Below the pieces are notes generated by a model. The model worked only from the letters and a program-made list of their open reading frames with translations. It searched no databases and was not told the DNA's origin. 64,000 nt of DNA, taken from assembly GCA_964016885.1 (NCBI GenBank), contig OZ024759.1, positions 35,712,001 to 35,776,000 on the forward strand. The letters are read 5' to 3'. This DNA comes from Eledone cirrhosa (lineage: Eukaryota). Every line of letters starts with the position of its first letter. Position 1 is the first letter of the stretch. A program made the translations under genes and the position numbers. This document shows, piece by piece, positions 11,934 to 24,254 of this stretch.

Positions 11934-12561
11934 CTGATAAAATAAAATTACAAAAAAATAGATAAATCATATAAAAGCCCAACAGATATATCAAATATAC
12001 CCCAATAGATATCATATATACCCCAACAGATATATCATATATACCCCAATAGATATCATATATACCCCAATAGATATATCATATATATTGTGGTACAAAA
12101 ATACACAATTTAAATTTTTCAACTGTCCATTGTATTTATTTCAACTGAATAATTACAACAAATTGTAATATATATATATATATATATATATTTTTTGTCC
12201 ACAATTCGATGAAATACTCTGACCGCATTGAAACGCCTGTAACGATATATAAATAATAATACTAATGCTGGTAGATAAATAGTTAAGGTATTGTAACTGG
12301 CTGATCACAGAGTATCCGGTGGTAAGCACTCAACATCCTGAAGCATCCTAGATTACATCTGGTGGTTCAGATAGAGTATACATAGTGAAGAATAAATATG
12401 TAAAATGGGTTTTTACAACAATTCATTAGAAATGCTGTAATGAAAGGGTTAAAATGGAGTAGTTTGCTATGGGGGTAGGCAAAGCTTTGCCATTCTTTAG
12501 AAGGGAGAATAGCCCTTAAAATGTTTGTTGTTTAAGTGAAATAAAATATTGGTTAACATAC

Positions 12562-12794
12562 TGATAATTCCTTCTGCTGTTCCTTAATGGTTGGGGCATC
12601 AATTCCTGGTGGTTCCTGAGAGTAAAGGCTATCTCGGAGGTCTTTGATTGCCGACTTCACCTCTGTAGACAAACTGTAGAATTTAGATGACGCCTGAAGC
12701 ACCTGACCTAATTGAGAATCTCGTTCCAAGGCAGACGAAGAAACAGTTTTGGCAAGTCTTACGATCTCACCAACTTTAGCATTCATTTCTTCAA
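12562..12794 (-). CDS. MACF1: Spectraplakin exon, spectrin repeat
   Basis: tttctag/gtatgt; 233 nt, phase 1/0; EEMNAKVGEIV...LYSQEPPGIDAPTIKEQQKELS (EPPG-x-D motif). Confidence 0.9.
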
Positions 12795-12950
12795 CTAGAA
12801 AATGGTAGAAAATGGAGTTAGGACAACATATGGGTACTAGATGTTAGCAACAAGTAAATAAATTCTGACTATTACTAATACCACCACTACCATGACCTCT
12901 ACTGCTATTACAACTACTATACTGCTATATCATGATATCCATCTATCTAT

Positions 12951-13395
12951 CTAGGGCAGGTAAAATTCCCGAGATCCATGGATGAGTTCTCTCCAGCAGT
13001 CTCTGTCCCTCATTATCGCTGCCATGTCCTGCGTCTCCAACAGACCAGTGTCTGTCCTTAAGGCATCAACATATGTTAACCTCGGTCTTCCTCTTCCTGT
13101 GTGTTCATGCAGGGGCTCCCACAGGAGCACTGAGGGTAGTGTCAACTCTGGATGTCGGTGAGCATGTCCAGCTAACCCCAGTCTCCCTCTTCCAGTGTGT
13201 TCATGTAGGGTCTCCCACAGGAGCACTGAGTGCAGTGTCAACTCTGGATGTCGGTGAGCATGTCCAGCTAACCTCAGTCTCCTCTGTGTCACTTTTGAGC
13301 TGACTTTTGGGAGGCTCCCGTACAGCTCTGAGCTTTTCATCCTCAGTGTATACTGATTAATGTTCAGAGCCATCCTCAGCATTCTCGTGTAGATA
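12951..13395 (-). mobile_element. RTE-like non-LTR retrotransposon 3' fragment with internal duplication
   Basis: YTRMLRMALNI...RRLRLAGHAHRH...GRGRPRLTYVD...MRDRDCWRE, typical C-terminus downstream of RT. Confidence 0.85.
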
Positions 13396-13803
13396 TCATG
13401 ATATGAATAGGTAAAATAACTTGACTTTGTTATTACCTTCACTGTTAATTTAATACTTAATATCTGACTCTGTATCTAAGGAATTAACTCAGTGGAACAC
13501 AGAACTTTTCTATGGATTTCACTGGATTACTCACCATCGGATTACATTGAGTTCTATCTACAGTACAGACCCTATCACAAAGGGTAGACCAGTTAAGGTA
13601 TTATAACTAGTTGATCTTAAAGTATCCTGTAGTAAGCACTCAACATCCTGAAGCATCCCAGATTAGATCTGGTGGTCCAGGTGGTGTATATATAGTGAAG
13701 AATAAAGATGTAGAATGGGTTTTTACAACCACTACTACTACAGTAACTAGTACTACAATAACTACCACTACTACCACTACTAGAACAATCAAAGTGCCCT
13801 TAC

Positions 13804-13903
13804 TCTCTGCTTGGTCCTCAACACCTTGATTGATCAGTTTGACCAATGACTGTTGGGCATTATCCACATTGGATTGATGTTTCTGGAGACGTTCCATTAT
13901 CAT
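13804..13903 (-). CDS. MACF1: Spectraplakin exon, spectrin repeat
   Basis: cttcag/gtaagg; 100 nt, phase 0/1 matching the next exon; MIMERLQKHQSNVDNAQQSLVKLINQGVEDQAE. Confidence 0.87.
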
Positions 13904-13994
13904 CTGAAGAGAAAGAGACAAAGTGATAATATATATATTGAGAGAGATGATGACAACAATGATGACAATGAAGATAATAACGATGATAAATTAC

Positions 13995-14114
13995 CTTATT
14001 TTCTACAATTTCTTCATATAATTTGTCCGGTGTTGCTGGAATTGGGTCAACATTGTTGATGGACTGGTCCATCTCAGCTAAATCTTCAAGTAGATTTTCT
14101 AAAGTATCAGAAAC
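13995..14114 (-). CDS. MACF1: Spectraplakin exon, spectrin repeat
   Basis: tttctag/gtaatt; 120 nt; VSDTLENLLEDLAEMDQSINNVDPIPATPDKLYEEIVENK. Confidence 0.9.
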
Positions 14115-14692
14115 CTAGAAAAGAAACAATATAAATAGTTAAATAATAACCTTATTATGCAACATTATATACAGCTACCAATAAGACATACTACCAACAT
14201 CACTACTACTACCAACACCACCAACACCACGACTACTACCCAGACCACCACCAACACTACCAACATCACCACCAACACCACTACTACTACCAATAAGACA
14301 TACTACCAACAACACCACCAACACCACTTCCACCACAAACAACAACAACAACAACAAAACCAATAAGATGTAAAGTGTTACCGGACATAGAGGTGTTCCC
14401 CCTGCCATATGAGAATTGGCCCGGGAGGGTCGGGCAAGTCCATTGGTAAAAACTACAGATTTATAATCTAATAACTGCTACAACCACATACCTTACACTA
14501 TTGTACTGTCAACTGGTGACTGTTTAGTACTCTAGTACAGTATAGGATTTATTGTAGTGGTGGGAGTGGTAACAGTGGTGGTGGTGATGATGATGGTGGT
14601 TATGATGATGAAGATATTGATGGTGGCAATGATGATGATGATGGTGGTGATGATGACAACAACAATAAATACAGTAATGGGTCTATCCTTAC

Positions 14693-14902
14693 CTCCTGTG
14701 TCATGGCCTTACGTTGCTCCATCAGTTTCTGGGCCTTCCCTCGAGCTTGTGACTTCAATGTATCATATTTAGTAATAATGTTCAACAACTTACTCTGCAG
14801 GTCATCAGAATCATCGTCACCACAAAATTCCATCAGTTCCATACCTGTATCTTTCAAGTCTTCCACAAATGGTTTGTGATCTTCAACAATCTTTTGAGTG
14901 AC
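14693..14902 (-). CDS. MACF1: Spectraplakin exon, spectrin repeat
   Basis: ctaccag/gtaagg; 210 nt; VTQKIVEDHKPFVEDLKDTGMELMEFC...LMEQRKAMTQE. Confidence 0.9.
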
Positions 14903-15213
14903 CTGGTAGATATAAAGAAAATATATTTAGACATATTATTACATCTCACATCTATGTAGGTTCAGCTGGCCACATCTTATAGATTTCTCAGGTGTTTCAA
15001 TGATAAGGTCCCCCAGTCCTATCATGTTGTTGTTACACCTAGTGTTTCAATATAAACTTTTACATATACTGCAACACTGACTTCAAGTATTTTCAATCTA
15101 TTTACACTCCATACTACAGTCGCCTTAACTCTGGAATACAACTCAAATGAAACGCACCATGTAACAACATTGAGTGCTTCAAATCAAATGGCGTGCCACC
15201 TATAACTGTTGTT

Positions 15214-15254
<41 letters not shown>

Positions 15255-15368
15255 TTAAAATAACAGATTAAAGTTTAATAAATATTTGCTCTACGGTTCT
15301 TATATATTTGATATATATTTATCCTTATCGAGCCCTCTTTGGATTTTAGTCTTCAAATTTATTATTAT

Positions 15369-15419
<51 letters not shown>

Positions 15420-15465
15420 CATACAAAGTGTTAAAATGATCAAATTTTAGTTTAGAACATTTATT

Positions 15466-15512
15466 TGCTGACAATTGTTTCTTCCAGAGGGAAGTCTGGA
15501 ATCATCGGAGTA
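15466..15512 (-). ncRNA. Hammerhead-like motif, core variant (U4 to C); second copy of the 4390 family
   Basis: Minus strand: tact-CCGATGA-ttccaga(cttccc)tctggaa-GAAA-caattg-TC-agca. Confidence 0.5.
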
Positions 15513-15730
15513 TAGGGAATGTCGAAACATGTAACTAAAATCCTAGTCATTTAGAACATTTAGGGTACATAATTGCTATTAGTGTCAAAGGTAACCTGTG
15601 GAGAGTCAAGAGTTAAAAATATGTTTTGCTTGAAAGAACACAATTCCAGGCAGCACTGGTTGGAAGTGTAGTAGGTATAAGTAAAAAGCACAAGCAAAAT
15701 AATCTCAAGCTAAAAAAACAGGCAAAAAAG

Positions 15731-15765
<35 letters not shown>

Positions 15766-16186
15766 GTTTTGCAAGGTTTTTAATATGAAATCGTGTGTCG
15801 AAACAAATATTGTTATACTTGGGGAGGGTCATATTGTTGTAATAATAACTGTGGAGATATAAAAGATACAGAAGCGAAAACCAACCAAACAGTGAGTGTG
15901 TTCTGTTATTATTTCTGGCAATATTACTACAACAATATGACCCTCCCCAAGTAGAACAATATATATATATCTTCTTCACCCACTTATTCCTGTGAGGGTC
16001 GTAGGGACAGAGTCCTCAAACACTCCTTCCAGCAGGTCCTGTCTGAAGCAACTGTCTCCAACTGATCTAGCTAGATCCCCAAGCAAGACCAGCCAAGCTC
16101 ATGGATGTTATCCAACCATTTTGCTTGGAGTCTACGCCTGGGTTTCCTGCCAGTTGGTTTTGTCCGTAAAATCTATCCAGTGATTA

Positions 16187-16261
<75 letters not shown>

Positions 16262-16301
16262 GAAACATAAGTCAATTGCATGAACTCATAATCCTTTATT
16301 T

Positions 16302-16357
16302 ACTGCTATATATATTTCGATGATAGCCATTGAATGGCTATGACCTCATCAGGCAGT
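16302..16357 (-). ncRNA. Minimal type-I hammerhead ribozyme motif
   Basis: Minus strand: actgc-CTGATGA-ggtc atagccat(tca)atggctat catc-GAAA-tatata-TA-gcagt. Core intact, helix I 5 bp, long helix II, palindromic helix III. Confidence 0.75.
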
Positions 16358-16963
16358 TAGTCAGTTCTTAGATATGCCAGCTCTGTGTTTATAGTGTTGA
16401 TGGTATCAGAGCCTTGGGACATATGATATATATCATTTGTCCATTACCATTACAAGGGGTCTGACAAGCCGCAGATTGCAGGGTCAGGTAAGATCAATAC
16501 AGATCGAACCTTGAGCTGATCAGTGGCGAACCGCGCGTAACCAACCAATAAACATAATGAAGGAGTAACCAATCGTCCTTGTTATTTTATTTCACTATAT
16601 ATATATATATATATAAAATCAGTTCCCATATGAGCAAGATAAGGTCACCCGACCTGGCACTGCCCACAACAGGACAACCCATCCAACGCATGCTAGCGTG
16701 GAAAAATGGACGTAAAACGGTGATGATGATGATGATCATCATCATCATATCATCATTTTACGTCTGCTTTTCCCTGCTTGCAAGGGTGGGATGGGTCCTA
16801 TTCAGCACAGCATCTTCACACTTGTCACGGTCCTTCATCATCTCCTCCGTGAGCTTCAACAATCTGAGGTCTGCTCTCACCACCTCCGCCCATGGTTTTC
16901 TAATAAATATAAGTTTTACAATATCACAGAACATATATAAAAGAATAAATTAACCAGCTTAAC

Positions 16964-17290
16964 CTTCAAATTATCGAGTTGTTTCTTCACTTGATCCAGA
17001 TTTTCACCAGATGTACTTTGGGTTTTCAACTCTGCTTCCATTTCATCAAGCCAAGCAGATATTTCTGCCTGGTTCTCACTGAAGTGTGATGCTAAAGGCA
17101 ATGCACTTTCCAGATGTTGTAACCGATCCAAGCTGAGTTGACAGACAACATCTGCTTGGGTCTGGATGCTATCAAGCCTCGATTTAATAGCTTCTGTCTG
17201 GGTGTTGGTTGTCTCACGCAGCATCAAGTTGCATTTGTTAATGATGTCTTTCACACAGTTTCTTTTGTTGTTCAGATCGTCGTGGAACAC
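16964..17290 (-). CDS. MACF1: Spectraplakin exon, spectrin repeat
   Basis: tttgtag/gttaag; 327 nt; VFHDDLNNKRNC...RLQHLESALPLASHFSENQAEISAWLDEMEAEL...QLDNLK. Confidence 0.92.
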
Positions 17291-17596
17291 CTACAAAATA
17301 TTGGGCAATTTATTGGACTTTCCTAAAGATTATCTGTGGACCCTACATATATTCTGTGGACCCTACAGATATTCTGTGGACCCTACAGATATTCTGTGGA
17401 CCCTACAAATATTCTATGGATCCTATATATATTCTGTGGACCTTACAGGTCTGGGTGACACCTTAATTATAATATTGTCCAATTCTTACCTGGTGACACC
17501 TTAATTACAATATCTCACCTAGTAACACCTTAATTACAATATAGCCCTATATCTTACCTAGTAACACCTTAATTACAATGTAGCCCTATATCTTAC

Positions 17597-17716
17597 CTGG
17601 TGGTCCCTCAATTGCACCATCAGTGTATCAGGATCAGAACTCACAGATTCAGCTGTGTTAATCTCGTTCTCTGCTTTATCCATATATTTCAACATACTTT
17701 CAATTTCTGTCAGAGC
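17597..17716 (-). CDS. MACF1: Spectraplakin exon, spectrin repeat
   Basis: gttctag/gtaaga; 120 nt; ALTEIESMLKYMDKAENEINTAESVSSDPDTLMVQLRDHQ. Confidence 0.9.
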
Positions 17717-18748
17717 CTAGAACAGAAAATATTGTATTTGTGAGTTTTTATATCAAATAATAGTAATATTTCATTCATTTTCCAGCAAACAGCCTCATTA
17801 CGCTGTGTTTTAGGTGACAACTGCCATCCAACTGTTCTAGCAATGACACAGGAAAACAATCAATAATATTAATGTTTTGGGCTTATTGCCCATTGTCAAG
17901 ATTGTGTCTCTCTCTTCTCTGTCACTCACAAGAACTCGAGAATATATAGTATATACCGGATTTCTTGGTGCCGAACATGCTTCGTCCTCAAGGACACACC
18001 CTAATTTTGACAACCAAAAATTTGAAAAAAAATAATAAACACCCTTCGGCTTCCAGGACGCATGGGAGATTTCTGAGACTTATTTTAGGGAAAAAGTAGC
18101 ATCTTCGACACTGGGAAAGTACATGGGTTAATCTTCGACACGGTAGTACATGGGTTAATGTACAACTGTCAGGAAAGTGAACCGTGTACGAGTCATGATA
18201 TACATACAGACACACACACACACACACATACACACACACACACACACACATACAGACACACACACATACAGACACACGTGTGCATGGAGCGGGAATATCA
18301 GGTGCAGTGTTGATGGTAATGAAGGGGACTGAGAAGAAAATATAATTGATTCTACTTTTGGCACAAGGCCAGCAATTACCCAGTACATTACTGGTACTTT
18401 ATTTTATCGACCCCGTAAGGATGAAGGGCAAAGTTAACCTCAGTGGGATTCAAATTCGGAACATAAAGAGCCAAAACTATGCTGCAAAGCATGGTGTCTG
18501 ATGCTTTACCGGTACTGCCAATCTAAATATGATTGTTTCTACTTTTTGGCACAAGGCTAGCAATTACCCCAGTGTATTACTGGTACTTTATTTTATCGAT
18601 CCCGTAAGGATGAAAGGTAAAGTTGACCTGGTGGGATTTGAACTCAGAAAACAAAGGTCCGTAACGCCATTCTGCAAAGCATGGCATCCAACCCTCTACC
18701 AATACTGCCAATCTAAATATAATAAAGAGTAAAGAGATTAGATACTAC

Positions 18749-19876
18749 CTCGACTGAAACTTTCTGTACAAGAAGTTCGGTGAGTTGATGCCAATCTTCC
18801 TGGACATCAGCAACAGCTTCCTTCAAATGGCAGCCATTGGAAACATTATCTTTGTCAGCAATCCGTTTTACCATTTCTTTGATGTTGTTTATGTCCGGTT
18901 CTTTGGATTTCTTTTCAGCATACAAAGCGTCGATCTTTGATTTAAACATGTGCAGGTTCTGTGACGGTATTTCACCATTTTGCTGAATCATATTAATAGA
19001 AGAAGTTAACCAAGACTTCATTATTCCTATCTTATCCTCCAAGTCTTCGATGTTTCCCATAACTTCCTCCAGATTAAGAACACGCATCACCGATAATGTC
19101 TCTATGTTTTCCATGCGCTCGTTTAAGTCTGAAATCTTCTCACTGGCACCAGTTACATCATACGAGTCCTTTAATAGACTCTCTAATAATGTCTTGTTGG
19201 TGCTCAGGTCTGCCTGAATACGCCTTTGTTCAAGCACCTGCTCTTCCAATCCTTGCTTCTCAAGACAAATCTCTAAATTCTTTGAGAGATCATTTTCAAT
19301 CGAAGACAGTTGCAGATCGACATTATCAAGTTGTTTCATCACATTTTTAGATTCAGACAACACTGCGTTTAATACTCCTTCTTTGTACTTTATGGAATCG
19401 TAAAGAATTTCGTAGGTATCTTTCCTGTTCTCTATTACTTCCTTCACTTTGATAGATTTTGGTTTCATGTTCAGTTCGTTGAACTCATCAGCCAGTTTAG
19501 AACCGACATGTTGCAAGTCTCGTATCCGTTTCTCTTGGTTTAAAATGTTAACTTTCAACTGTTTCACAGCTTCCAGCTGGAACGCTTCATTTGTCTCTTT
19601 TGACATATCAGAATCGTCTGAAATGCTATCAAACTTCATTTCTATATCAGAATAGTTGGAATCGAGTTTGTGGGAAAGTTCCTGGAAGCTTCTGTGGTGT
19701 TTTAGAGTGTAGGCCAGCTTTGTGAGGTACCGTTCAGATTCCTGCACTATCGAGCGATATTTCCCCTCCAGGGCCTCGATTTCATCATCAATCATGGCCG
19801 ATTCTTCTGTTTCTTCTTTGATTGTCGGAAGAATGTGGACGCATTTCCTGTATCGGTCAATTCCATTCATGAATTC
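18749..19876 (-). CDS. MACF1: Spectraplakin large exon, several spectrin repeats
   Basis: gtttag/gtagta; 1128 nt open frame, phase 0/0; EFMNGIDRY...VQEDWHQLTELLVQKVSVE; helical with repeated W-L motifs. Confidence 0.92.
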
Positions 19877-20183
19877 CTAAACAGAGAGAAAACATTCAAA
19901 GATAATTTCTTTAATAAAATAAGAAATGACTAACTACAAGAATGACTATAAAATAATTAGAAAAACACAACAAATATTTAAATGAAGGAAAGGCAAGGGC
20001 CACAGAGGAATGGGAGGGGGAAGGTGATGGGGTGGGGTGATGGCCACTAAGGTCACAGAAGAGTGGGGAGGTAAGAGGGAGGGTAATGAGCTCTGGGCCT
20101 AACCCTAACCCTTTTGTTAGAGAACTTCCAGGAACCAACTCTGCTGCTTCTATAATACAGAACTCCCTATTTTAAAGTATTGA

Positions 20184-20382
20184 TACAAGGGTCAGCTGAA
20201 AAGTTTATAAGCTGACTATGACGGAATGATGCTAGAGCTGTGAAATCTTGCATGCATTAATTTCACCTCTTCTTAATAACTGCATTGCTTCTTTCCAAGG
20301 ACAATGTTGAAAAATAAACCTCATTTGGTCATTCCATGAGAGTATCTTGGTCAGCTTATGAACCTTTCAGGCAACCCTCGTA
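20184..20382. mobile_element. Mariner-like MITE
   Basis: TA-flanked imperfect TIRs tacaagggtcagctgaaaagtttataagctgac / gtcagcttatgaacctttcaggcaaccctcgta. Confidence 0.65.
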
Positions 20383-20818
20383 CCTGCCAACATAATTTTA
20401 TGCAAGTACCTTTGTTAAGTTATATTCCAAACATCAGCCTACTATCTGTGAGGGCAACACTTTCTCCATTCTATCCACTGATACGAGATGACCCTCTCCC
20501 CAGTACTATTGTGATGTTACAATTCACTTATTCAGATTTAGCTGGCTTCCTACAGGGTCATGTCTCATAGGTTTCTCAGGTGTTTTAATGATAGAGGCCC
20601 CATTCCTATCACGTTGTTGTTGTTGTTACAACTCCCACCTTTGTAGGTTTAGCTGGCTTCTTAAGTTACATTTCTGGGGTGTTTTAATGCTACGGGGCCT
20701 CAGTTGTATCATGAAAAGACTCACCCCTGAGTCAGATACCAATTCATGTGCAGATGTTATCCCCTAATTGGGTGGACTGGACGGTTTATTAATTAACCAA
20801 ATTAATTCTAATTACTGA

Positions 20819-23800
20819 ACACATACACACAGACAAATGTAAGGTGAGACAATGAGATATAAGCAATATAACTTTACCCGAGTGTCATCACACATACACA
20901 CAGACAAATGTAAGGTGAGACAATGAGATATAAGCAATATAACTTTACCTGAGTGTCATCACACATACACACAGACAAATGTAAGGTGAGACAATGAGAT
21001 ATAAGCAATATAACTTTACCTGAGTGTCATCACACATACACACAGACAAATGTAAGGTGAGACAATGAGATATAAGCAATATAACTTTACCTGAGTGTCA
21101 TCACACATACACACAGACAAATGTAAGGTGAGACAATGAGATATAAGCAATATAACTTTACCCGAGTGTCATCACACATACACACAGACAAATGTAAGGT
21201 GAGACAATGAGATATAAGCAATATAACTTTACCCGAGTGTCATCACACATACACACAGACAAATGTAAGGTGAGACAATGAGATATAAGCAATATATCTT
21301 TACCTGAGTGTCATCACACATACACACAGACAAATGTAAGGTGAGACAATGAGATATAAGCAATATAACTTTACCCGAGTGTCATCACACATACACACAG
21401 ACAAATGTAAGGTGAGACAATGAGATATAAGCAATATAACTTTACCTGAGTGTCATCACACATACACACAGACAAATGTAAGGTGAGACAATGAGATATA
21501 AGCAATATAACTTTACCCGAGTGTCATCACACATACACACAGACAAATGTAAGGTGAGACAATGAGATATAAGCAATATAACTTTACCTGAGTGTCATCA
21601 CACATACACACAGACAAATGTAAGGTGAGACAATGAGATATAAGCAATATAACTTTACCCGAGTGTCATCACACATACACACAGACAAATGTAAGGTGAG
21701 ACAATGAGATATAAGCAATATAACTTTACCTGAGTGTCATCACACATACACACAGACAAATGTAAGGTGAGACAATGAGATATAAGCAATATAACTTTAC
21801 CCGAGTGTCATCACACATACACACAGACAAATGTAAGGTGAGACAATGAGATATAAGCAATATAACTTTACCTGAGTGTCATCACACATACACACAGACA
21901 AATGTAAGGTGAGACAATGAGATATAAGCAATATAACTTTACCCGAGTGTCATCACACATACACACAGACAAATGTAAGGTGAGACAATGAGATACAAGC
22001 AATATATCTTTACCTGAGTGTCATCACACATACACACAGACAAATGTAAGGTGAGACAATGAGATATAAGCAATATAACTTTACCCGAGTGTCATCACAC
22101 ATACACACAGACAAATGTAAGGTGAGACAATGAGATATAAGCAATATAACTTTACCTGAGTGTCATCACACATACACACAGACAAATGTAAGGTGAGACA
22201 ATGAGATATAAGCAATATAACTTTACCTGAGTGTCATCACACATACACACAGACAAATGTAAGGTGAGACAATGAGATATAAGCAATATAACTTTACCTG
22301 AGTGTCATCACACATACACACAGACAAATGTAAGGTGAGACAATGAGATATAAGCAATATATCTTTACCTGAGTGTCATCACACATACACACAGACAAAT
22401 GTAAGGTGAGACAATGAGATATAAGCAATATAACTTTACCTGAGTGTCATCACACATACACACAGACAAATGTAAGGTGAGACAATGAGATATAAGCAAT
22501 ATATCTTTACCTGAGTGTCATCACACATACACACAGACAAATGTAAGGTGAGACAATGAGATATAAGCAATATAACTTTACCTGAGTGTCATCACACATA
22601 CACACAGACAAATGTAAGGTGAGACAATGAGATATAAGCAATATATCTTTACCTGAGTGTCATCACACATACACACAGACAAATGTAAGGTGAGACAATG
22701 AGATATAAGCAATATAACTTTACCTGAGTGTCATCACACATACACACAGACAAATGTAAGGTGAGACAATGAGATATAAGCAATATAACTTTACCTGAGT
22801 GTCATCACACATACACACAGACAAATGTAAGGTGAGACAATGAGATATAAGCAATATAACTTTACCTGAGTGTCATCACACATACACACAGACAAATGTA
22901 AGGTGAGACAATGAGATATAAGCAATATAACTTTACCTGAGTGTCATCACACATACACACAGACAAATGTAAGGTGAGACAATGAGATATAAGCAATATA
23001 TCTTTACCTGAGTGTCATCACACATACACACAGACAAATGTAAGGTGAGACAATGAGATATAAGCAATATAACTTTACCTGAGTGTCATCACACATACAC
23101 ACAGACAAATGTAAGGTGAGACAATGAGATATAAGCAATATATCTTTACCTGAGTGTCATCACACATACACACAGACAAATGTAAGGTGAGACAATGAGA
23201 TATAAGCAATATAACTTTACCTGAGTGTCATCACACATACACACAGACAAATGTAAGGTGAGACAATGAGATATAAGCAATATATCTTTACCTGAGTGTC
23301 ATCACACATACACACAGACAAATGTAAGGTGAGACAATGAGATATAAGCAATATAACTTTACCTGAGTGTCATCACACATACACACAGACAAATGTAAGG
23401 TGAGACAATGAGATATAAGCAATATATCTTTACCTGAGTGTCATCACACATACACACAGACAAATGTAAGGTGAGACAATGAGATATAAGCAATATAACT
23501 TTACCCGAGTGTCATCACACATACACACAGACAAATGTAAGGTGAGACAATGAGATATAAGCAATATAACTTTACCCGAGTGTCATCACACATACACACA
23601 GACAAATGTAAGGTGAGACAATGAGATATAAGCAATATAACTTTACCCGAGTGTCATCACACATACACACAGACAAATGTAAGGTGAGACAATGAGATAT
23701 AAGCAATATAACTTTACCCGAGTGTCATCACACATACACACAGACAAATGTAAGGTGAGACAATGAGATATAAGCAATATAACTTTACCTGAGTGTCATC

Positions 23801-23963
23801 ACACATACACACAGACAAATGTAAGGTGAGACAATGAGATATAAGCAATATAACTTTACCCGAGTGTCATCACACATACACACAGACAAATGTAAGGTGA
23901 GACAATGAGATATAAGCAATATAACTTTACCTGAGTGTCATCTCACATACACACAGACAAATG
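20819..23963. repeat. 71-bp minisatellite, about 44 copies, derived from an exon/donor junction
   Basis: Unit aactttaccYgagtgtcatcacacatacacacagacaaatgtaaggtgagacaatgagatataagcaatat; period 71 (20941 to 21012). Confidence 0.97.
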
Positions 23964-24254
23964 TAATCAATATAATTTACCTGGGTGTCATCACACAGCC
24001 AAATGTAATCAATATAATTTACCTGGGTGTCATCACACAGCCAAATGTAATCAATATAATTTACCTGGGTGTCATCACGCACAGCCAAATATAATCAATA
24101 TAATTTACCTGGGTGTCATCACACACAGCCAAATGTAATCAATATAATTTACCTGGGTGTCATCACACACAGCCAAATGTAATCAATATAATTTACCTGG
24201 GTGTCATCACACACAGCCAAATATAATCAATATAATTTACCTGGGTGTCATCAC
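23964..24254. repeat. 42-44-bp tandem repeat; 6 extra copies of the exon end plus donor
   Basis: aatttacctgggtgtcatcac with donor dinucleotide at 23979, 24021, 24063, 24107, 24151, 24195, and the true donor at 24239. Confidence 0.95.

Noticed and set aside
20819-23963. CRISPR-like regular array
   Set aside because: Units are wholly repeated with no unique spacers, there are no cas genes, and the context is a eukaryotic intron.
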